Shown: piece after piece, positions 1 through 10,500 of the stretch | Position numbering within the stretch: position 1 is the stretch's first letter | Layout: each line of letters starts with the position of its first letter | NCBI RefSeq assembly: GCF_018977255.1 | Contig: NW_024704742.1 | Location: 134,108,001 to 134,172,000, forward strand | DNA: 64,000 nt | DNA from: Callorhinchus milii | Lineage: Eukaryota | Direction: 5' to 3' | The notes under the pieces: model-generated | What the model saw: the letters and a program-made list of their open reading frames with translations, nothing else | What the model was told of the DNA's origin: nothing | Database searches by the model: none | Translations under genes and position numbers: made by a program

Positions 1-322
1 TGAACAAGCAGCAGGAAAGCCAGGCAGTGTTATCAATGACAAGCTATTCGGTTTTAGCTGGTTCGATTCCAGTAGTACTCCAAAGCATACTCTGTGGTTC
101 CCCCAAGCCTTGGATCTTGCCAACCTGTGCCTAATACTTTCCGGAATGAGGTAAGCAAGATGTGTCCCTCCAGGGTGAGAGAGTGCATTCCATTCCAACA
201 ATTTATCTCTGGGATTTCCACGTGTAGGTGGGATGCATGGAATTTTCAATTTGGTATGGTTACTCTTAAACATAACGATGGGTTTCCGCATGTGTCAGAT
301 ACCCAGCTGACCCCCAAAAAAC
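1..322 (+). repeat. Unclassified dispersed repeat, copy
   Basis: Shares cttgccaacctgtgcctaatactttccggaat.aggtaagca..gggatgcatggaa..gtcagacacccagctgacccccc with other copies. Confidence 0.8.
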
Positions 323-770
323 TATCTGCCTTTAAATCCCACCTCAAAACCTACCTCTTCGACTGCTCGTACAGTCACCTCCCCTTTCTCCCTTGCTCAA
401 TGTCCGACTCCCACCGCCGCCACCCTCCAACTATGAAACTCTCCAGGACATTAAATCCACTTATAAGGGGCGCTATATAAATGCAAGTTGTTAATTTTTG
501 CACTCATTTTATCCTCAATAAAAAAAAAATTTTAGAGAAAAATTGGAAATTCAGATGAACTCGGGTTTTATTTTTACCCATTCAGCAGACTGGTGTGGGG
601 GGTGGGGGAGGGGGTGAGGAGAGGGGAGCTCAGACTGACAGACCTTTCACAGAAACGTAAGTTTTTTTTAACAAAGTTGCCCCTTGCATTCATTCACTGG
701 GTGTTATGCCTTAATAGACTACATGAGTGTATTAATTGTGTACGAGCAGTCAGAATTCATAACTTTCAAA

Positions 771-1080
771 GGAGTCCTGTAGCTCAGTGGTTAGAGCGCT
801 CACCTCGCAAGCAAGAGACCTGGGTTTGATTCCCGGCAGGACGAAACCTTGGGCAAGTTTCCTTACTCCACACACCTTGTAATAATCCCTCAAGAAAAGA
901 AATAATAAAATTGTTCACTTCAATCCACGACTGTTTGTGGGATACTACTGTGCGCAATTTGCTGCCACGTTTCACCCACAAATATACAGTCAATTTGCTT
1001 TACAGTATATTCTGTGAAGCGCTTTAGGATGTCTAGAAGACGTGAAAAGTGCTATTTCAAATACAACGATTATTATTATT
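771..1080 (+). mobile_element. tRNA-derived SINE (Ala-like head, partial Deu domain, L2-like tail)
   Basis: A box TAGCTCAGTGG, B box GGTTTGATTCC, tgtttgtggga..ctgtgcgcaatt.gctgcc core, (ATT)n tail. Confidence 0.9.
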
Positions 1081-1400
1081 ATAATAATAATAATAATCCT
1101 TGCATTTGATATAGCGCTTTTCACGTCGGGAGGACATCCCAAAGCGCTTCACAAAACAACTGTAAAGTGAATTGACTGTATATTTGTGGGCAAACGTGGC
1201 AGCCAATTGCGCACAGCAATGTCCCACAAACAGTCGTAGATTGAAAATGACCAATTTATTATTGTTTTGTTTTTCGAGGGATTATTATTAGGCTCTGTGT
1301 GGAGTAAGGAAACTTGCCCAAGGTTTCACCCTCTGCCTGGAATTGAACCCAGGTGTCTCACTTGCAAAACGAGTGCTCTAACCACTGAGCTACAGGACTC
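1081..1400 (-). mobile_element. tRNA-derived SINE, young subfamily
   Basis: Closely matches the copies at 11801, 25201, 32578 and 55366; lies tail-to-tail with the preceding SINE. Confidence 0.92.
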
Positions 1401-1436
1401 AGCCTACTCCTGTTTCTATGTCTATATCTATATATC

Positions 1437-1757
1437 TATGTTCGATTCCTGGGCAGGGAGACACATTGGGCAAGCTTCTTTACTCCACACACCTCTGCTT
1501 ACCTAGCAGTAAGTAGGAACCCAGTTGTTAGTTGATTAATGGATTGCTTTTCTGGGAGTAATAATCCTTTCAAAAAATGAATTTATAAAAATATGAATTT
1601 TGTCACTCAATCCATGAATGTTTGTGGGACACTGTTGTGCGCAATTGGCCACCGTGTATGCAGTCAATCCACTTTACGGTATATTCTGTGAAGGCTTTGC
1701 AATGTCTCGAAGACGTGATAAGGCGCTATATCAAACGCAAAGATTATCATTATTATA
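1437..1757 (+). mobile_element. tRNA-derived SINE, 5'-truncated
   Basis: B box TTCGATTCC, family body and tail. Confidence 0.85.
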
Positions 1758-3361
1758 AATTGAGCAATGTGACCTCTCAGTCGGGGAAAGGGGGAGATGA
1801 AATGGGACTAATTCATCTGAATCCTTGAGGCAGAAGGAGCTGAGCCGAGCCTTTGATAGTGCAATCTTGTTGACATTCTACTGCAAGTAGTCCCAAGCTT
1901 TAAATGGATAAACCATTCATTGTGGCGTCTATTTAATCATTCAAATAGACCAAGCCATTCCGCCCCCCCAAACCCCCCACCTCCAGCCCCTTCCACTTTC
2001 TATACCGTTTCTGCAAAGGCCATACTTTGTGTTTAAATCCACATTGCCTCGTGTTTTTGCTCCTATTTATCCGCGGCAGAAATGTATTTGTCTTCACGTC
2101 CCTTGTTTATTTATAAATGGACGAGTAATGGCATCCATCCTGAGGACCCAGGACAAAGCCCTCCTGATTTCTAAAGAAGTCCTTGACAGTTAAATACTCA
2201 TGTGATTTTTCTTGCCCCTTTTTTATAGAAAAAGAAACAATTACTTCAAAAATCTGCTGACGAGTGAGTGACCCATTGCCTCCACCTTGTGGACAAGCAG
2301 AACTCCAGCTCCAGCCAGGATTTAACTTGGAGGCAACTGCTTTGGATGCCTAATACTTTCCAGGATTTAGGGAAGCAGGATGCTTCCCTCCATGGAGAGA
2401 GTGCGCATTCCATTCCAACAACTCTGGGATTTCCGTTTGTAGGTGGGATGCATGGAAATCTCAGCTTGGTTTGGATAGTCTTAAGCATAGTGATATGTCA
2501 GACACCTAGCTGACCCCCCCTAAAAAATGGACCCACTTTTAACTGCGTCTCATTCAGCCAAAAGGCAGACCTCAAATTCCACCTAGTCTCAGCCTGCGAG
2601 GCTGTTTATCATCGTAAAGTCTGAAGATTGCAGAGAATTGCGGAAAGTTCTCAAATTCTAAACTTGGTTAATAGAAAATAGCGGCTTTCGACTTCGGGAG
2701 GACGTCCCAAAGCACTGGACAGTCAAGGATGTACACCTGAGTTGGGGTTTGGGATCAGGAGCGGTGGAGGGTCGGGTGGGTGATCGTAGGAGGGTGACTA
2801 AATACATGGGCTAAAAGGAGGACTTTGAAGAAGGCAAGGGATGGGGTGAGGCAAAGGGAATGTGGGATGGAGTTCCAAAGTGTGGGGGCAGAAAGACTTG
2901 AAAGCCCAACTGCCCATGGAGCAGGCCAAAGTCCGCCCAGCGGACGGAGTGGACAGGCCACTATGGGGTTAGCAGGTCCCAGAGCATAGGGAGGATCAAA
3001 GCCATGGAGGGTTTTGAAAGGGAGGATGAGAATTTGTCCAAGTTTTCAAATATTGCCTTTGCAATGAAAGGTGAAGCTCTGAAGTGTCAGCTTAGACTGT
3101 GAGCTCAAAGTCCCGAGGTGTTATTGGGGTTTGTACCCACAAACCACTAACCCAGATGCAACAGTGCCATCAACTGAACCAAGTTGATGCCATCTGAGTC
3201 CTGCCAACCTTTATACAATACCACACAATGTTGTATTTATCAGTGCATTCGATTTTGGGAGCACATCACAAAACACTTTGCCTCGTTGATCCGGGTGGGG
3301 AGGGGGGTTGAAATGGGTGAACGGCGGGGCTAAAGCTGACCAAAGGCAGGGTCATAGTAGA

Positions 3362-3660
3362 GACTCGTAGCGTAGTGATTAATGAGCTCACCTCGCAAGC
3401 GAGAGGATCGCGGTTCGATTCCCGGGCAGGGTGAAAACTTTGGCAAGTTTCCACATGCTTCTGTTTACCCACCAGTATGCAGAATCCACTGGCGGATTGC
3501 TTTCCGGGAGCCATATTCCCTCAAAAAAAAACGTGGTCACGCAATCACAATTGTGCGCAATTTTGGCTGCCGTGTGTTTCGCCCACAAGATATAAAGTCA
3601 TCCACTTTGCCACGTATTCTGTGCAGCGCTTTGAGACTTCTCAAATGCAAGGATTATTAT
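3362..3660 (+). mobile_element. tRNA-derived SINE
   Basis: Degenerate tRNA head (GGTTCGATTCCCG), body, and aaatgcaaggattattat tail. Confidence 0.85.
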
Positions 3661-4190
3661 TCTAGAACGTGGGGAGAGGGGGATTTCAGAATGGAGTTTC
3701 ATGGAGCGAGGGCAGAATGGTTTAAAGCTCATCCACCAAAAGGGGACGTGAAGCAGGCTGGTGTTCACTAAGCAAAGGAAGCGACACAGACAGTAGAATT
3801 GTAATAACAATCATCCTCGCATTTGATATAGCGCCTTATCACGTCTTCGAGACGTCTCAAAGAGCTTCAGACAATATACTTTGAAGTGAATTGACTGTAT
3901 ATTTTGTGGGTGAAGTGCGGCAGCCAATTGCGCACAGCAGTGGAGTTTGTAGAGATCACACAGGTACAGGGTGGGGGTAAGACTGTGCAGGGATTTGAAA
4001 GCGAGAACAAGGATCTTGAATTCAATCTGCCGGAGTCAACAACAACAATTATCATTTATATAGCGCCCTTCACATGGGGTAGCGTCCCAGAGTGTTTCAT
4101 GGGAGTAATGGGGAGCCAGTGGGTGTACCAACGTTAAATGTTTTTTGAATTACTGTAACTCTGAAAACTGTGATGATACCTGTTAATATT

Positions 4191-4196
4191 TTTATT
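4191..4196 (-). terminator. Putative GRP polyadenylation signal AATAAA
   Basis: tttatt on the + strand, about 300 nt downstream of the GRP stop in unique AT-rich sequence. Confidence 0.6.
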
Positions 4197-4497
4197 CAGC
4201 ATTTGTTAACACAGCTTCACATCAGAAGGAAGGTAGCAAGGAAGGAAGGATGAACGATTATAAAACACTGAAGTAGTAAAATTATGATCTTATATTGGAA
4301 GACCTTCCCTACTGATATTTATTTACATTAAAAACATCGAAACATAACTTGCGGTGCGAAAAAAAAACATTCAGTCTGTGTTCAGAGATACAAGAACATT
4401 TAGTTGTTTGAAAACAAAAGCAATTCTGTCTGGTATTTGGTACAGCTAAACACTTGGAGGAAAAAGAAAGTAGTAGTCCAGCTTTTGGGTCACGCGT

Positions 4498-4551
4498 TCA
4501 GCTTGGGGTTTCGTCCTTCAGACTCATAAACTGCAGGAGGAAATCTGCCAT
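4498..4551 (-). CDS. GRP: GRP coding exon 3
   Basis: Acceptor ttttctgacag|ATG GCA GAT TTC... encodes MADFLLQFMSLKDETPS*, which resembles the vertebrate proGRP C-terminus (LLQVLNxKEGTPS type). Confidence 0.92.
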   Translation of the reverse strand: MADFLLQFMSLKDETPS

Positions 4552-7500
4552 CTGTCAGAAAAGAAAATATTATTAATATTATAACAATACAATATTACAT
4601 TTCAAGTCCCAGGGCTATTAATAATAATAGGAAGAAGATGAAGAAAGAAAGTGTTGCTTGTTTCAAGAACAAATGAGATGTAATAGAAATAATAATAGAT
4701 AGAAAATAATCTCTCGGTAGACAGTATATAGTTTGGGACACGACATGTCAAGCGATAATAATGATAATAATAATCCTTGCATTTGATATAACGCTTTTCA
4801 CGTCTTCTAGACGTCTCAAAGCTCTTAACAGAATGCGCTGAATTGAATTGACCGTATATTTGTGGGCGAAATGAGGCAGCCAATTTCACACAGCAGTGTC
4901 CCACAAAAGGTCGTGGATTGAAAATGACCAATTTATTATTGGTTTGTTTCTTGGAGGGATTATTATCAGTCGTGTGGCGTAAGGATGGTGGAAGGTAAAC
5001 TGGATGAAGCTCAGTCTTCTTTCTCCTGGCAAATTCTTATGTTCTTATCAGTTAGCACTTCAACACTCCTGTCTCAATCACTCAATCCTCTCCGCTCCAC
5101 CATCAGGGGATGTGCTTTCAGCCACTATGCCCTGACTTTGCCTCTGAAACGCTCTGCCTCAATCATTCCTCCTTGCCTCCTCCCTGCCCTTCTTCAGATC
5201 GCACCTAAAGACTTCAAGTGATTTTACTGAAAAGTGTAGTTACTGGGTGTTATTGTAGGTGGACGCACAGCCATTTTCAGACAAACAGCTGGGGATTGGT
5301 GACTAATTTTATCTGGAGGAATGTCGGCTGTTTGAAAAGAAGAACTCCCTTCTCTGGGGGGGTGGGGGGGGGGGGGGGGCGCGTCTTTGAGATCTACCGT
5401 GCAATCTGTGTTTCATGTCTCATCTCCAGTGCAGATTGACATTCCACGGTTACATAAATCATAAGCACTGACAAAGACTCCGGCATTCCTTGTGGACCGG
5501 AGATGCACCAGTGGCCAAACAGGGAGTTTACATAATCCTGAAAGTACACACACACACACATACACACAGCAACACAATACAGCAATGCACATACAGCAAA
5601 ACACACACGTGTGCACCAAGCACACACAAATACGTGTGTACAATTGGAACTTGGAACTCATAAAATCTCGGTGCTGCATAATTGGAGGCGCCATCCTTCA
5701 AATGAGACATTAAACAAAGCCGTCTACCTGTTCAGGTGGATGTTAAAGATCCCCTGGCGGTACTTGGGGGAAAAAAAAGTGCAGAATTACTCTCTCCTAG
5801 TGCCGTGGTCAACAAACCCTCATAAGTGATACTGGTTATTCACTTCATGGCTGTTTGTGGGATATTGCTGTGTGCAAATTGGCTGCTTTATTCGCCTACT
5901 AAACACACAGTAAAATACTGTGAGGCGCTTTGAGACGTCCTCCTGACGTGAAAGCTGCTGTGGGAAACGTATGGATTATTCAGGGTTGTTACGGGCTGGG
6001 GAATGAATGCCGGCCTTCCCATTGTCGCCCACATCCCGAGATTAAACAAGGAGGGAAAAAAATACACTTGCCTCCTTATAGTTTCCACCTAGAGCCTTTT
6101 GCCAAGGTTTCTTGTTGAACACTGGGAAGTCATTCCTTAAACTCTGAACCTTTCTGGATGCAGAGCCCTCCCACAGCTGTAAGATGTTCTTCACCATCTC
6201 ATTCCAATGCAAGTTGTCCTCCAGTCTTTTGGCGTCTTCCAACAGGCCTGGGTACACCACATTATCACTACTGGAGTAGTCATAAGGGAGGTCACTGATG
6301 CTCTTTTTCCCCATCAAATGGCCTGCAACAAAGCAAGGAAATGAGCACTGAAACCAACAGCGTAATGCGATGTGCATGCAACGGAAAAGGTGGAGCAATA
6401 AATTCACCGGGAGGTTACCAAGGAAGGGAGAGAAACGTGGGAGCGAAGATAGGAAGATGTGGGGGTAGGATTTCCAGTTATGATAATAGTAATCCGATCT
6501 AAAATAGGCAATAGCGACAGTTGTAGACCTTGTGTGAGATCAATCTGCTAAGAAAAATAATTATCCTCGTATTTGATAGAGCACCTTATCATGTGTTTGT
6601 GGCATCTCAAAGTGCTTCACGGGATGCACTGTTCTATAATTAATGTAAGGTAAGTAAAAATTGTGAATAAAATCGCTATGACCTTCCCCACCATCCCTGC
6701 CCCAGTATGTTGCTGCCTTGCCCGCTCCACCATTGGCGGGTGGGCCTTCAGCCTCTCTCTGCCCCCACCATCTGGAACTCTATCCCAAATTTCCCTCCAC
6801 CTCACCCCCTCCCTTGCCTCCTTCAAAACCCGCCCAAGACCCTCCTCCTTGCCCTTGCCTTCAGTCACCCTCTTACCCCTCCCTTCCCTCGGGCACGGAT
6901 CCCTGACTATCCAGCATCTTGGAACGTGCTCCTGATGTGAAATATGCTACACAAATGAAATTGGCTGCCATGTCTACCTACAAAAACACACATTAACTAC
7001 ACTTTTCAGTGTAGTTGCTGTTGTTGTATATTATCACCTCCAACAATGCAACTGTGCTGCTTTGAAGTTTATCTTATACTATGTGATTCCAAGTCCCGAC
7101 ATGGGACTTAAACCCACAAACCTCTGACTCAGAGGCGAGAGCGTTACCACTGAGATCGTCTGACTCAGCTGTTAAGAGAGACATGAGAAGTTGGAACTTC
7201 GCACACTGATAAGGTGAGAAGGTTAAGGGGTGACCTGGAGGAGGTCTTCGATATTCTGAAGGGTTCGGAGTATCAGATTAATAGGCAAAATATTTAGGTG
7301 AAAATATACAGTTTCCTAACAATTTTGATATTTATCACAGTGAATGTGCTGTGAAAGATCATTTTAGAGGCAGAATCAATACCGAAGAGATAAGACAGAT
7401 ACGTACATGTTATGATGAAATCTGCTAAAATCTAATATAAATGCAAATTGTTGTTATATCACTCCCTTCACATGGGATAGTGTCTCTCAGCACTGAAACT

Positions 7501-10500
7501 TCCGAGATTTAGTTATAATTAATCGGTATTTAAACACAAGCAGACCATGGCACAATTGTCATCACCAGTACAGCACATATTTTGGAGTGAAGTCCTGTAG
7601 CTTAGTGGTTAGAGCACTCGAGAGGACCCGGGTTCAATTCCCAGCAGGGTGAAACATTGGGCAAGTTTCCTTACTCCACACGCCTGTTTACCTAGCAGTA
7701 AAAAGGATCCTAGTTGTTAGTCGATTGGTGGATCGCTTTTCCAGACGGTAAAAATTCCTTCAAAATAAATACAAATAATTTGGTTACTCAATCCACGACT
7801 GTTTGCGAGATGCTGCTGTGCGCAAATGGCACAGGAATAATAACAGGAATGAATCTGTTATTACAAATGTTAGCATAAGGTGGCGCAATCCGATCACTAA
7901 TAAAACATTAAGGCACGTATAACTTGCAACCCTACCACAGTGCATGTCTCTGTGGAGGCTATAATGATCACAGAGTAGAGAGAGAGGTGCAATAAGAGGG
8001 AGTCAATAGGCAGAAATTATTTCCACTGGTCGATGAGTCAGTCACTTGAGTGCGTCAATTTAAGGTAGTTGGCAAAGAGCAAAAGGGGGTGAAAGATTGG
8101 GGAAAAAATTGAACACAGGGTTGTCAAGATGTGGAATCTGCGTGTGGTGATCGAGCCAAGGTTCATTTTAGCTTTCAAGAGGGGAGTAGATAACTTCTAA
8201 AGAGGAGCAACTTGCAAGAGTAGGAGCGAAACAACAGGTAAATGGGACTTAATAATCCTTGCATTTCATATAGAGCCCACAAAATATACAGTAAATCAAT
8301 TTTACAATATATTCTGTGAAACGATTTGAGATGTCTCAAAGACATGATAAGGCGTTTATATGAAGGATTATTATTGTTATCACCACATCGTCGCAAAGCC
8401 TTCAATGATCCAGCAGAGACAGAAAGGACTTAATGGCCTTCTTCGGTGCTATAAATGTCCATAGTTATGGGTTCATTACATGTAAAAGATTGAAAGAAAA
8501 AGGACATTATTCTGCTGACAACGATTACATTTGTAGATGTTCTGGCCAGCGTTGTACCAGATAAGATCGGTCATTCACTTTGTGGCTGTTTGTGGGATAC
8601 TGCTGTGTAGCTGCAGTCACTTGCAAAATACACCGTCACTACACTTTACAGTAAAATTCCACACATCAGTTACCTCCTTATTGTTATATTGTGGTGAACA
8701 AAGTGACCCGACAGATCCATTTCACCATCAATAAATAAAGCTTAACTTTAAATACAACAACAGAATTTACATAGCGCGATTCATAACACTGTAGGCTCTC
8801 AGAGCCCTGAATCATGGAGAGGGAAACTTAAAGGCTACAGTCATTTAAGATTTACATTTAAAGGAGCTCGTTTTTTTCCCTTTTTAAAGGATTACTAGTT
8901 CTTGTTTTATCGTTGGAATATGTAAAACATTCTTCGTATTTAGACGGCAAAACCGCCTTCAATTTGTAAAAAGGCTAAGAGTTACTATGAAAATAAAATA
9001 CTAATCTTTACATTTGATGTAGCATCCTTCACAGTGGGAGGAAGTCTCAAAGGGCTTGACCTGATTTTTAAAGTAAAGTGTACTGAATGCATATTCTAGG
9101 CGAACGCAGCAGCTGATTTGCACACAGCAATGTCCCACAAACAGATACAAAACGAGTGCCCAATTATATTTGGGGGATTGTCAGTCAGGACACCAGGAGA
9201 AACTCCCTTCTCTTTTCAAATAGTGAGTGCCAAGGGAGGGATCCCCTGTGGGGTTGGGATGCATGGAATTTCCATGGGTACATGGGATGGGTACATTTGG
9301 TTTGGATACTCTTAAGCACGGTGATAGGTTTCCGGACGTGTCAGACACCTGGCTGAGCCCCACAAAATAAATTCATGCATCAAAAAGAACCTATTGACTG
9401 CGGGTAGTGAAAGTGGGAGTGAGGTGAGAGAGGGACGGGTGTCTCACCTCCCTTTCCCCTCCCACCCAACACTCGATCAGGTTCGCTACAAGCGGGTAGG
9501 AGGACTAGTTACACCAAAGAAAAACTCAATCCAATTCTTTTTAGAAAATCAAAATCTTATCCCTTCTTCTCCCCCCCCCCACAACACACATGCCCAACAC
9601 AAAATGATCATAAAACCAACAATCATCCTCATCTGAAGTTTTAATAGATGGCAGAGATATGATGCCTATAGGTTCAATCATTGTAAGTCACGGCCCAGAG
9701 CTTTAAAGGCATGTTAGCAAAAGCAGAGGCTTGTTTTGCTTTCAGCCACCAATCTCATCAGTGGCATAGACATTATTCTCTATGGCGAGAATGACTGTGC
9801 CTCTCCACATTAGGTTTCCCACAGACTTTGCCGTAATGTTCAATCACTTTATTAAATACTAAAATAAAATTGCATTGGCTTAAATATTGTCTAGACTAAA
9901 GGCTACTTTAATCTCTCAAATACAGTTATGCAGATAATTGAATTCTGTGTTTTCAAAGTAAGTGGATTATTGCAATCGTCAATCACAGTGTTCCAAAGTC
10001 TTCCAATATTGGGTGGACTGGTTTTGTGGAATGCCGTGATGTGAAAATATGTTGTTGATGCTGTTGAATGGGGTTCATTTATTATTCATTATTTATTGTT
10101 ATTATTTATTACCAATGTTCCTACCCGGCGTGAAAGGTGGTATGCAAATACAAGTTGTATTTATGATCAAGTAAAGCAAACCCCGATAAGCTGTTTTATC
10201 TTGTGCAGAACAGTAGAACCAGAGGACATGGTCTGCGATTGAAGGGGGGGGGGGTGGTAAATTCAAAATTTGTGGAAATTAAAGACTTGCAAATTATTAG
10301 TTGCAAACTGGTGAGCACATAGTTGTGTGGTTTTGAAGATCAGGTCATGAAGTTATGAGATACATGATTTCCACTGTAATCCGGCTGATCTCGTGCTTTT
10401 CAGCTGAGTGCCATGGTTTGCAGAGAGGTTTGTGGGCTGGGGAGGGGGTGACAGGGCAAGGAGCTGAGTGGGAGTATTCCCTGCCCCTAGTGAGCGGTTT

